Source of the DNA: Eledone cirrhosa
Lineage: Eukaryota
Length of the DNA: 64,000 nucleotides
Assembly: GCA_964016885.1 (NCBI GenBank)
Contig: OZ024746.1
Span: 58,466,001 to 58,530,000 of the forward strand
Reading direction: 5' to 3'
Shown: piece after piece, positions 39,690 to 52,993 of the stretch
Layout of the letters: the number at the start of each line of letters is the position of its first letter
Numbering within the stretch: position 1 is the stretch's first letter
Made by a program: the position numbers and the translations under genes
Notes under the pieces: model-generated
What the model was told of the DNA's origin: nothing
Database searches by the model: none
Seen by the model: the letters and a program-made list of their open reading frames with translations, nothing else

Positions 39690-41600
39690 AGGCCCTGGGT
39701 GGTAGGAGGAGCCGTTGGTTCAATCAACTGATGAAACTCATCATGCGATCAAAGGAGACTTACAAAGCTGGGCTTGGAGATAGGTCCTTCCAGTTGGGCT
39801 ACAAGCAGCGTGAAATGTCGCAGCAGAGACAATGAAGGTCTCCGGACACATGGGGAGAAATTTGGGTTGAAGCTGAATCCGACTTCAGCTCAGTCGACGT
39901 TGTAATCAAAATCTCCCTCCACGCCTTCTATCAGGAACGCGTCTGGGGTTCTTCTCTCTTCAAATTCGTGCATCTGGAAAAATACATTGCTGATTTCTTA
40001 ACCTCAGTCAACACAACATATTCTAATCTACATGTGGGGCATCTGCGAGTGATGACTAACCTCTTGGATGCTGAGATCAGCAGAGCAATTAAAGAGCTCA
40101 AATTCGGGAAGGCCTATAGTGATGAAGAAATTTGACCGGAGATGTTAAACGTCTTGAATAGAGAAGTTATTCTCTGGGTGACTTGTATGTACCGGGAGGT
40201 CTGGATATCTGGAAAGGCACCCAAGCAATGGCAATCGAGAATTAGAATCTCAATTATCAAAAAGGGAGAGAAAAGGGAAAGCTCTAATTATAGAATGATC
40301 TCCTTGATAAGCTTCCCGGATAAAGCCTTTGTTAATTGTCTAGAAAAGTGATGTAAAACTATTGTCCAGTCCAAGCTAGCTGACGAAGTGTGTGGTTTTC
40401 GCTCCAGACGAAACGCAACCAATTCACACTGCGTTAGGTTTCGAGAAATCGTGGAAGAATTGCAAAAAGATGTGTTCTCATTTCGAATGACCTTGTATTG
40501 TCATTTGGATAAATGTATAAATTTGAAAGCATTCAAAGTGAGTGTAGGAATCTGTTCATATTCTTCATGAACAGGATTGACATGCGCAGCTTAGTTGGAG
40601 GTGGTAGGATCAGGATCAGTTCGCTGGAATTTGCAGACGATGTGCTACTACATATCTCATCAGATGGTGATCTCTGACATGCACTTAATGAATTTGCTAC
40701 CAAAGTGTTGCACGATAGGAATGAAAATCAGTTATGCAAAGACTGAGAAACTCCTCATCACAAACAAGACTGTGCAGTGCATTTATTCATGTGGGTGGAT
40801 CTCTACCGAAAGAGGTGGAGTAGGTAAAGTATCTCGGAGGCGTTTTCACGAGTGATTGGAAGGCAGCAGGCTGGATTAAGTGCAAGAATTGCTGGAGCTG
40901 TTTCTGAAATGTGCCAACTTCAGCTTTCGTACATCAGAAGAAGGAATCTAGTTGTTAAAGCCAAATGTACTATCCTTAATACATTTTCCTCATCAAATTT
41001 TTCACGAACATGTGTGACATGCGCAGCCGGGTTTAAAGGGATTTTCAGAAACGGCCGGTGCCGGATCAATCGACTGGAATTTGCAGACGACATGTTACTA
41101 CTTAACTCACTGGAAGATGATTTTCGCCATTTATTGGATAGGTCTGCTGCTGAATACTCTACTGCGGGAATGAAAATCAGTGCCGTGAAGACTGAAACAC
41201 TGATCTTCACAAGAAAGTGTGTGCATTACAATTGAAGTAGTTCATGGATTTCAAGCATTTCGGGGCCGTTCTCGCGAGTAGTGTAAAGCAGCAGGCTAAA
41301 TAGTAATCCAGAATTGAAGTAACTGTGGGGGTAATGCACCACCGTCAGCATTTGATCTACAGGAGTAAAGAAGAAGGCGTTAAAGCCAGACACGCTGTCT
41401 TCATATGAGTATTCGTGCCAAATATTACGTATGAATCTAGAGTAAAGACAGAAAAAAAAAACTGAAAATACAAGCGGCTGAAACAGGGTCCCACCGAAGG
41501 TATTAATAGAGTGCATAGCTCAGAGATGAGGGAATTGGTCTATGTAGAAACGCTACTTCTCCAAAATAAAAAATCCCAACTCTGAAACTAGGGACTTGTC
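39690..41600 (+). mobile_element. Decayed RTE-clade LINE remnant(s)
   Basis: EISRAIKELKFGKA..PEMLN..W.SGKAPKQWQ..IIKKGEKRESSNYRMISLIS, plus two LEFADD motifs near 40625 and 41075 (an internal duplication or two copies). Confidence 0.7.
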
Positions 41601-41601
41601 A

Positions 41602-41659
<58 letters not shown>

Positions 41660-41813
41660 TTGAAAGCATCACCTAGTAAAAAGCGTCTCTATTAGAATAT
41701 ATGGCCTCTCCGCCAACAAAGATATTTTTAATGCATCTGCCTCCTACTACAATGACGCCCTAGCCCGTAGCGGATTTAAAGATAAGATAACTTACCTAGA
41801 AACCACCGCAAAA

Positions 41814-42524
41814 TTGCAGAGGAGGAATAGACATAGGCAGATTAGCTGGTACAACCCTCCCTTCAATAGAGAGGTATCTACTCCGATAGCTAGGATTTTC
41901 TTCACTTTACTGAAATTACACTTCCCCATACAACATAGGTACTACACCATCTTTAATAAGAACACTATAAGACTGTCTTACTCCACCACACCTAACCTAG
42001 CTAGGAATATAGCCAACCACAACTCTAAACTAAATAAGCCAACCACCTCCGAAACCAATCCCCGGACTGGGGCTCTATGTAATTGCCTAAATAAGGAAGC
42101 ATGCCCACTAGAAAACAAATGCCTCACAAATGACATCGTATACAAATGCGATGTCATCTCGGGCACCGAGGATTGCAAAAAAACTTACATCGGCATGACC
42201 TCCAACAACTTTAAGACCCGTTGGTATGCCCATACCCACTCCTTCAGAACACCGGATAAATCAAATCAAACAACACTCGCCTCCTACGTTTGGGAGCTCA
42301 AAAGGAACTCCACCCCCTTCACGCTTAATTGGAAAATACTCCAGAAAGCGCGCTCTTACAACGGAGGACACAAGGGCTGCGACCTTTGTATTTCAGAGAG
42401 CTACGAAATTTTATTCGCCAAGGGCCCGCTACTGAACAAACTCTCTGAACACTGCCCGAACTGCATGCACAAGAACTTTACAACATTCAAACGTTTTAAG
42501 CCAGTGTTAAAGCCCGATGGCTAA
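41814..42524 (+). pseudogene. PLE C-terminal region with GIY-YIG endonuclease (truncated ORF)
   Basis: WYNPPFN, CNC..CPL..CL, IVYKC..TYIGMT, FKTRWYAH and CDLCISE..LLNK. The frame extends upstream (YNDALARSGF). RT core absent. Confidence 0.85.
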
Positions 42525-42689
42525 AAACGACCTCCCCCTATTGGCCCCTATACCCCCTCCCCACCCTACCCCCACCCCTCCTCAACCTGAAATACGGCCA
42601 CTATGGTCATGTGAGTACCTCTTTCGTATCTAGATTTTCTGCCTGTAGAGGTGTCTTTATGTGCCTGTGTATATGCGTATATTTATTGA

Positions 42690-42746
42690 GTACCTATTTA
42701 CTTGTATGTGTATATATTTGTTTGTATATGTGTATGTGTATGTGTG

Positions 42747-42799
<53 letters not shown>

Positions 42800-42911
42800 G
42801 TATATATATATGTTTTTATGTGTATATGTGTTTTATGTGTGTATATTTATGTAGGTATATGTATGTATGTGTTTGTGTATGTGTATGTATATATGTATAT
42901 ATGTATATATG

Positions 42912-42984
<73 letters not shown>

Positions 42985-43064
42985 GTTTGTGTGTATATGT
43001 GTTTTATGTGTGTATATTTATGTATGTATATGCATGTATGTGTTTGTGTATATGTATGTATGTG

Positions 43065-43114
<50 letters not shown>

Positions 43115-43284
43115 CGTATGTATGTGTATGTATGTATGTATGTATGTATACGTGTGTATGTGTGTGTGTATGTTTATGTATATGTATGTGTATGTGTGTA
43201 TGTATGTATGTGTGTGTATATGTGTGTATATATATGTGTATATGTATGTGTGTGTATATATATATATATATATATGTGTATATA

Positions 43285-43315
<31 letters not shown>

Positions 43316-43380
43316 GTATGCATGTATATGTATGTGTGTGTGTATGTATGTATGTATGTGTGTGCGTGTGTGTGTGTGTG

Positions 43381-43457
<77 letters not shown>

Positions 43458-43504
43458 GTATATATGTATATATATATGTATATGATTGTGTGGGCAGGTG
43501 TGTG

Positions 43505-43601
<97 letters not shown>

Positions 43602-43701
43602 GTATATATATGTATATATATGTATATGTGTGTGTATTTGTATCTATATATGTATATGCGTGTATGTCTGTTTGTGTATATGTATGTATATGAATGTGAG
43701 T

Positions 43702-43733
<32 letters not shown>

Positions 43734-43822
43734 ATATATATATATATATATATGTGTGTGTATATATATATATATATGTGTATATGTATATGTATGTGTA
43801 TGTGTATGTGTGTGTATGTGTG

Positions 43823-43891
<69 letters not shown>

Positions 43892-43904
43892 ATGTATGTG
43901 TATA

Positions 43905-43958
<54 letters not shown>

Positions 43959-44138
43959 CGTATGTGTGTATATGTGTGTGTGTATATATATGTGTATATG
44001 TATGTGTTTGTGTGTATGTATATGTATATATGTGTGTATATGTGTGTGTATTTGTGTGTGTATATGTACATATATGTGTGCATATGTATGTATGTATATA
44101 TATATGTATATGTATATGTATATATATGTGTGTATATA

Positions 44139-44187
<49 letters not shown>

Positions 44188-44247
44188 ATGCGCGTGTGTG
44201 TGTGTATATATATATATATATATGGGTATGTGTATATATATGTATGT

Positions 44248-44283
<36 letters not shown>

Positions 44284-44445
44284 ATGTATATGTGTGTGTA
44301 TATGTGCGTTATATGTCTGTATATATATGTGTATATTTATGTATAGGTCTGTGTATGTATGTGTATGTTTGTGTATGTATGGATATATATATATATATAT
44401 GTATATGTATGTGTGTGTATGGAGATATATATATATATATATATA

Positions 44446-44522
<77 letters not shown>

Positions 44523-44643
44523 ATGTGTGTGTGTATAGATATTTATACATATGTATACTCGTGTTTGTATGTATGCGTGTGAGTGTATTTATTTGTGTAT
44601 ATATGTGTGTGTGTGTGTATGTATGTGTATGTGTGTGTGTATC

Positions 44644-44724
<81 letters not shown>

Positions 44725-44783
44725 GTGTGTGTGTGTGTGTATGTGTGTATATTTATATATATATGTATGTATATATATGTTTG

Positions 44784-44857
<74 letters not shown>

Positions 44858-45025
44858 CGTATGTATATGTGTATATGTATTATGTATGTATGTATGTATG
44901 TATATGTGTATGTATGTGTGTGTACATGAATATATATTTATATATATTTATATATTTTTTATATATGTGTGTGTGTTTTTATGTGTGTATATGTGTTTGT
45001 GTGTGTGTTTATGGTTGCGCGTAAG
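42690..45025. repeat. ~2.3-kb (TA)/(TG)/(TATG) compound microsatellite
   Basis: Direct reading of the sequence. Confidence 0.95.
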
Positions 45026-45619
45026 TGTGTGAGTGAGTATGTGTGTTTTTTTGTTTTTTATGTGTGTTTTTTTTGTTTTTTTGTTTTTTTGTGAATGTGT
45101 CTGTTGATTTTGGCATATTGTTGATTAGTTTAAGAGAAGTTCGAAGATAATAGTAAGATATGCACTCAGTATTTTGAATCCGTCTGCAGAATTCTCTAGA
45201 CCTTTGTCACTTAGTAGAACCTTAATGACTTTAGCTTTTAAAGAATCTCCCTTTTCTTTAATTCTATCGAGCATGACTGACCCCCCACTGATTTTATAGA
45301 CATCTGTTAGCTTAAGAGAAACTTATTGACAAGGAATGGTATGCCATCCGGAACCTGTTTATAGAATTCTGTCTGCCTTTGTTACTCTAAAAACATAAAT
45401 AAATATAAATAAAAATAAAAATTAACTATAGCTTTGTAGAATTAGCTTTTAATGAATTCCCTTTTCTATCAACCAATGACCTGCACCCATCCCACTCCCC
45501 ACCCTCTCCTACCACTTGTAGAGACCTATAAATACCATATTTATTTTTTGATACCCAGATTCCTGATGATTTCTAATGAATGAAACAGTTCTAGTCCTGT
45601 AGATTCTCATCTATATTAA

Positions 45620-45653
<34 letters not shown>

Positions 45654-45655
<2 letters not shown>

Positions 45656-45792
45656 CAAAGGAATTGAGCTAAGGAACCAGATGGACCATAACACACCAGA
45701 GTACTCAATACTTAAGGTAGTAAAGTGGGAAATAGGAAAAAGTATGACCCCGACGGCAGAGCTCAAGCCGTTTCGACGGGGTCATACTTTTT

Positions 45793-45796
<4 letters not shown>
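45654..45796. repeat. Family D element with terminal hairpin
   Basis: TAGGAAAAAGTATGACCCCG..CGGGGTCATACTTTTTCCTA, within (TA)n. Confidence 0.7.
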
Positions 45797-45837
<41 letters not shown>

Positions 45838-45984
45838 TGTGAGAAAAACCACAGACCCTCCATCTCAACTCACCTTTTGAAAAGCAGAAGAACTGCGAAA
45901 CCGGTAAAGGAACCAAATAAATATATATATTTAAAAAAAAAATAAGACTCCAGTTGCATTTTCGATTTCATCTCTTTTTCTTTA

Positions 45985-46069
<85 letters not shown>

Positions 46070-46332
46070 AAGGAATCGCTGCACACATCTTACGGGCATA
46101 GCCAACCGGATAGGTACCCACGGGAAGACACTGGGAAATATCGTTAGATAATATCCATGAGTTCTACTGGTCGCGCTTGGAGATCGAACCGGGTCAACTG
46201 GTACTTGCGACTAACAGAACCCGCTGGAAGGTGTGCTCGATGGTAAGCTGATTGAATCTGCCTCACACGACACTCACAGTAATATGTAGGAACAGAACAG
46301 GATACACACACACAAACGCTCACAAACACTCT

Positions 46333-46419
<87 letters not shown>

Positions 46420-46747
46420 GTGCGTGTGTGTATGTGTGTGTGTGAATAAAATGGCCAGCTGTGTGGTTGCAATTAAGTATAATGAAAATAAAAGTTATGG
46501 GCGAAAGAGGGTAATATCCATCGTCAGTTGTCTGCTAGGACTCATAGTTATTTCTTCACGTTAAAGACAAGATAACTCAGCCTAGGACGAACAATAACTA
46601 AAATAAGTTATTGGGATAAAAAAAAAGCGGGGAGAGAGAGAAAAAATGTAAACAGACAAGAAGGGTGAAGCAACGAAAAGAGAGGAAAAATATCTAGTCA
46701 ACAACTTATTTCGAACATAACTTTTATTTTCTTTATATATATATACA

Positions 46748-47223
46748 TAAAATAGTTGGGCAGCGACCGCTATAGAGAAAGAAACTCTGTATCTCGGAAA
46801 GGCAGGGTGAGTTCTTAAGTTGTTGAGTTAACGGGCGTCTGAAAAGATACTCCATCTGAATTGGAAGGTATATGTAATAGCTTTAATGCAAGCAAAGTTT
46901 CTCTTCAATCTATTGAAGATTGTGGGTAAATTTTGAAATCCTGTATTAGAAAATGTAGGAATCCAAATCGCAGAAAATAACTGTAGTCAGACAATTGTGT
47001 TATATATGGATTCATACATATTCTAATACAGGATTTCAAAATTTACCCACAATCTTCAATAGATTGAAGAGAAACTTTGCTTGCATAAAAGCTATAACAT
47101 ATACCTTCCAATTCAGATGGAGTATCTTTACAGACGCCCCTTAACTCAACAACTTAAGAACTCACCCTGCCTTTCCGAGATACAGAGTTTCTTTCTTTAT
47201 AGCGGTCGCTGCCCAACTATTTT
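46748..47223. repeat. ~200-bp inverted repeat with a ~70-bp spacer
   Basis: 46748-46951 pairs with 47021-47223, with a few mismatches. Confidence 0.9.
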
Positions 47224-47323
47224 CGCCCATAAAATTATTTTACTCGAATGCTTGAATGTTCAAGCTAGTGTTTATAGCGACTATGGTTAGAGTTTATTTA
47301 TGCATTTGGAATTCCTTCATCTT

Positions 47324-47464
<141 letters not shown>

Positions 47465-49495
47465 ATATATACACATACATACACACACACATATATATAT
47501 ATATATATACATATATGTGTGCGTGTGTGTGTATATAAATATATACGTATATATATATATATATAGCTAGGTGAAATCTCCTTAAACTGCTACCCCGCTC
47601 TCATTTTCACAAACCGACACACAATCACACATACACACATTCACCCCCCCCCCCTATATATATATATATATACCCACATATACATAAAGAAATATATATA
47701 CAATAACACTTACTTATACTTATATACACATGCATATTTGATATACATCTTCTACTGTATATATATTTGTTTCCATTCCAAACTGGAAAGAAGATACAGT
47801 TTGCTCATCTCAGCTTCCATTATCTGACGTAGCAGAGTATTTTCAATCTTTCTTCTCCGTATCATTCCGCTAAACTTGTATATTTAGAATCCCAAAAGTG
47901 CATATTGCTATTTGTTCTGTGTTTTAGCAGGAAAGCTGCCAACTTAACAGCATTTATTTTCATAACAGCCATTCTATAATGTGTATGTATTTTTAACTGG
48001 ATTTTCTTTATACACATACAAAAGCATACCTGCACGCCTAAACACACAAACTCACACACCACTTGCTAGTTTGCCAAAGTCTTCGGAAAAATCCAAAAAT
48101 TATTATCACATTTCAACCTATAAGTTCTAAATACTTTTATTTTACATTCTTTGATTTATTATTATTTTTTAATTATTGTTGTATTTTTGTTTTAATGATA
48201 TATATGTTTTCTTTGTATTCTTTATTGTTGGGGGTGGGGTCTTTTGTAGTTGATTTTTGGACTTTGTTTTGTGTCTATTTTTTTCCGTTTATATTTTGTT
48301 TCTGGTTTCATTGTTGATGTTGCTTTTGATGTTGCTGTTGCTGCTGTTGATGTTGATGATGTTATTTTGCTTCTGTTGTTGATGTTTTAGTCTCATTGTG
48401 ATGTATTGCATAAACAAACACACGACTTGAAAATCTTGATATTATTGAACTCTTTGATGATTTTACAGTCATATGCCTAGAGAATATTCTCATATCTCGT
48501 GTTGTAATTACATTCTTTGTTGCTGCTTTTGCTCTTACTCTTGCCGTTTTTGTTGGGGCTAATGGTGTAGTTGTTGGCATCCCTTTGTTGTTATCGCTGT
48601 AGTTGTTGTAACTGTTCTAAAACTCTCTTAGGTGTTTTCAGATAAAGATTTCCAAGTAATTATTTCGTGAAATAAATCTCTGCTATCAGTTATGTGTTTC
48701 TTTGTTTTATATATAATATTTTCTAATCAGTACCGGGGGTATTGTTTGTCTACCCAATGCATACCTTTCTTACTTTCTTGTAATTTTATTTTTTCCTCGT
48801 TTCTTTGTTCTTAGTTGTAGGTTTTTTTTATCGTTTCGTATAGTGTATATTTTTCTCCATGTTTCTCTGTATTTTTCCACTGTCCACCAATCACATATAT
48901 GCCATTTGCTAGAACATTAAATATATCTGATTTAGACTGGATTATTTTTTTCTCCATATTTCCACAGGCAGCGTATTTAATGTCTTGAACTGTTGTTGCT
49001 GCTGTATATAGTAGGAGTCAACGCAACATGTTCGATATGTTAAGAAGTTTGCACCTAAATCCTGATGTCTACCTCACTGTGTTGCATCTTAGGTAATTAT
49101 ATTTACAATAATGTGATTTGAACCCTAGTTGGGTTTTACTTTAATCATTTATTTTCGAGAGCCTAGAATTTCCCTGTTCATGTAGTTACCGAAGGTGGAT
49201 GTCTCTTACTGTGGACGAAAACATGAATGTGGGACTAGGAACTTCATTTTGCACTCATGAGATTTCGGTTTCTATCACACTACGTGGCACCTTGTGCAAA
49301 TCTGTTTACTATAGTCTCGGGTCAAACTAAAGCTTTCTAAGTAGAAGTGGATTAATGGAAAGTAAGTGGAAACCCATCGAATGGATTACGCCTGTAATTC
49401 AAGCGTTCAAACTTGCCACGTGTTAATGTTAGCATCTGTGTCCATATTCAGAATATTCCTCATCCCAGAAAGAAACGGATGGTCCATCATGAAAT

Positions 49496-49683
49496 AATTG
49501 TTTCTACTTTAGGCACAAGGCCAGCAATTACCCAGTGCATTACTGGTACTTTATTTTATCGACCCCGTAAGGATGAAAGGCAAAGTCAACCTCGGCGGGA
49601 TTTGAACTCAGATCATAAGGGGACGTAACTATACTGGAAAGCATGGCGTCCGACCCTCTACCGATACTGCCAATCTACCGCCC
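49496..49683 (-). mobile_element. SINE family B
   Basis: Full copy. TSD CCATCATGAAATAAT at 49484-49498 and 49694-49708. Confidence 0.9.
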
Positions 49684-50018
49684 ATCTACTGGCCCATCAT
49701 GAAATAATAGAAGGGAGACATCTAAGTTCGAATGCCACCAAGTTCAGCCTGAACTGTAATAATCATGAGAATAGTAAGAAAAGTACCAGTCCAGGACTGC
49801 AGTCAACTCTTCATTCTCTCTCTCTCTATATATACACATATATTATTTTATTATAGAAATGATAGTTACAGGACTAGAACTATTTCATTCGTAGGAAACC
49901 CTGAAAAAATCTAGTTCTGTAGGAGTCAGCTCTATAATAAAGTAAAGATGCCTTTACTCTACTGACGTAATGAGTACAATTTTTTAACTGTGGCCACCTT
50001 CCGATATACATCGCGCAT

Positions 50019-50092
<74 letters not shown>

Positions 50093-50370
50093 CATGTGTG
50101 TATTCATTTTAATAAGGCTGAATAGTGAGTCTTGTTACTCTGGAGTTTCGCCTGTCTATCACAGGGTTATCAAACAAGAACAACTCCAGAATAAAAAGAC
50201 CGGCTGTTCAGCCTTAATAAATTGAATATTAAAACTCTGCTTCTGTATTGAGTACTCCTTTCTCTCAGCCACCAACCACATACAGATATATATATACTTG
50301 TGTGTGTGTGTGTGTGTGTGTGTGTTTGTGTATGTATTGTATATATGTATGTATGTGTGTATGTATGTAC

Positions 50371-50980
50371 TCATATCATGATCGGGTCGTTGGCCACTAA
50401 ACTGGCAACCCCACCAAGGTTTCTTGGTGAGGAGGGTGACTTTGGACATACTGCAGGACTAAATACAAAACCTGTCAAAGGGCAAAGGAGCTCTTAAGAG
50501 TCAATGGCCATCCAAAATCACCGGGAGAGATGACACCTTAGCCTTTGTCAAGGCAGAATTCTAGGAGAAGGAAAACTCTGATATAACACCTGCAACCCTG
50601 ATGGTATCCAATGATGTTGACTTGTTCTTCTTTTTGGTAAATATCATCTTGGTTAAGAGAGTGGGATTGGCTTTGTGCAGTGCCTTTGCTCACTATAAAA
50701 GCTTCACAGCACAGGCATTGCTTTATATCTGGAGATCTCTCTGCACTTGTCGTCACATGGTACCATGGGCCCAGCACAATATGTCAATAATTGTCACAAG
50801 TGTAGTGTTTGTACCAGAGTTTTCAAGTCGCTGGCTGGACTAAAAAGTCATACTCGTTCAACGCATCGGCAGGAGTTCTCCTACATGGACATAAAGTAGT
50901 AGCCGTACTCGAAAACGAGTGGGCACCATATTTTTTTTTTCTCGTGCAATGGCCATACTCGATGAGGGGGCAGCCATCAT
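50371..50980 (+). mobile_element. Short non-autonomous RTE derivative (5' UTR-like part + 3' end)
   Basis: CTAGGAGAAGGAAAACTCTGA resembles RTE 5' UTRs (recalled). 50801-50866 encodes the C2H2 finger CSVCTRVFKSLAGLKSHTRSTH, like RTE ORF C-termini. Confidence 0.5.
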
Positions 50981-51605
50981 ATATGTATACACGTTTCAGA
51001 GTTATCTACATACGCAATGCCCTCTGGTACACTACATTCTGTTGTCAACTGGAGATTTAATATTATTATTAACGCTGCATTATGTCGGCCACCTCCGGCA
51101 GAATGAAGCAACTGGGAAACTTGTCGCATATATTCCTATATAACCCATTCCTCCTCTAATACATATACATATCATACAGTAGGAATCTCATCTCTTTTAG
51201 AGCAGGTATATAATGCTTGTACTTTCACATTTGAAGAGAATCTGTAGCATTGTGTGTTTCTCTTTTCCAGAGGCATGCACGCAATACTTCCCCTTCCCTC
51301 TAACCACATACACATCTCAAGCATAATTTCACTGCTACATTCAAGCATCAGCTTCTCTCGTCTTAGAGGTAAATTCCTTTACATGAATCTCTGCTCCTCT
51401 ATCTCTCTGCCTACTCGTAGTTTTGTTCGTCTCTCTCCCTGTCTGAATATTGCGTCTAATTTTGATCAGAAAAATGTTAACCATTTCAGTAATACATTTC
51501 TAATAAAACACTGTTTCAATTAATTTAAGAAGGGATTTACTAAAACGATTATTTCATTACTAAGATAGTATTTCTAACAGAACACATTTAACATAATTTG
51601 ACACA

Positions 51606-51775
51606 TGCGGCGAATTGGCATCAAAATCGCAGAATCGTTGGAACGTCAGATAGAATAATTCATTGTATTCGTTCCGCTCCCTGCTCTGGGAGTTCAAATC
51701 CCGCCGAGGTTAAATTTGCCTTTCATTTCTTCGAGGCCCATAAAAAGGTATCAGTCTAGTACGGGGGTCGATTAT
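51606..51775 (+). mobile_element. Older SINE related to family B
   Basis: GGAGTTCAAATCCCGCCGAGGTTAAATTTGCCTTTCAT..GGGGTCGAT. Confidence 0.7.
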
Positions 51776-52386
51776 TCCTATATAACTCTTTCTTACCACC
51801 CCCTCTTTCTATCTATCTATCTTTCTCAGGAAGAAATCTGCTGTATTCAGGCCTGGAGAGTGATGAGCTCTGCCAGGCTTAAAATGCCCAAGAAGCGCCG
51901 TGTGTCAACGCGGTGCCCCTACGAATCTATCAGGAGTCACGGGGTAAACATGAATGTGTTGGAAGATTTTAATTTACATAGAAACTGTTTCAGAAGGATG
52001 GTTTTGTTTAATAGAAATTGATCTGGCTTTGGCCGATTCGGTATCAAAATTGTTGCAGTATGTTTATCGATTCAAAGTTATTCTCGACACCCCGTGACAG
52101 ATTAACTCGAATAATTCCCTAATAATATTACCGAAGTAGAGATACACGAGGTTCATTTGACCCCGCGTTGATACGTATAAGAATATGAATGTTCACAAAA
52201 ATAGTATTCATCCCATACAGTGTTCCAAGTGTTTTTATATACAACACTTTTGTAACAATAGCGGCGTTTTCTATGTATTGCTTATGTATATACTAAAGAC
52301 ATTTCCTGTATATTATGTGCTTTATATTATACACAGGCGAGCGCAAACACACACACATACATCTCACTCTCTCTCTCTCTAGATAT

Positions 52387-52430
<44 letters not shown>

Positions 52431-52643
52431 CGTTTCTGAATTTGTTTAGCAAGATTCTTTATCTGAAATCGTGTGTTGAAACCGATATTGTTATACTTTG
52501 GGAGGGTCATGTTGCCAATAAGAAACACACGCACCAGTTGCTTTCACTTCAATTTAATTTATTATATATTTATAAATTTACAAATTTATAACTTTCTGGT
52601 TGGTTGGTTGGTTCCACAACCAGATAGTTGTTTATATATATAT

Positions 52644-52688
52644 AGTCATAGTTCTTTCGTCACACACTCTGTGACCTCTTCAGTGACT
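52644..52688 (-). ncRNA. Minimal type I hammerhead ribozyme in the PLE pLTR
   Basis: AGTCA CTGAAGA G GTCAC AGAGTGT GTGAC GAAA GAAC TA TGACT. Stem I and stem II are perfect, stem III is minimal and the triplet is CUA. Confidence 0.8.
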
Positions 52689-52993
52689 GGGGATTTCTTT
52701 CTTCGTTTCTGTGCCTTTCCTTTCTTCTATCCTACGCCATTTTGTTTGTGTGTGGGTTGCGTGCTCAGTTTGCGCATGCGCCACATCCGGGTGTCTGTGT
52801 GTGTTTGTGTTCATTTTTCTATTTTTCTATTTATATTTTTCTATTTGTTTATTTATTTATTTATTTATTGTTGGTTGGTTGTTTGTTCTATGTGTGTGTG
52901 TGTTTTCATTTTGTCTTGTGTGTGTTTTTATTTTGTGTGTGTTTTCAATTGTAAGTTGTTTGTTCTATGTGTGTGTGTGTTTTCATTTTGTCC

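Larger units (their letters stand above)
41657..45622 (+). mobile_element. 5'-truncated Penelope-like element with a microsatellite-filled 3' region
   Basis: (TA)n lies on both sides. Contains the GIY-YIG ORF and a degenerate hammerhead-like motif near the 3' end (45556-45599). The 3' boundary is inferred. Confidence 0.6.

Noticed and set aside
42611-45032. Long ORFs (up to 571 aa) of YI/CV/HT repeats here and at other microsatellites
   Set aside because: They are stop-free translations of (TA)/(TG) repeats with no coding signal.
46170-46250. Minus-strand B-box-like GGTTCGATCTCC
   Set aside because: There is no clear A box, tail, TSD or second copy in the window.
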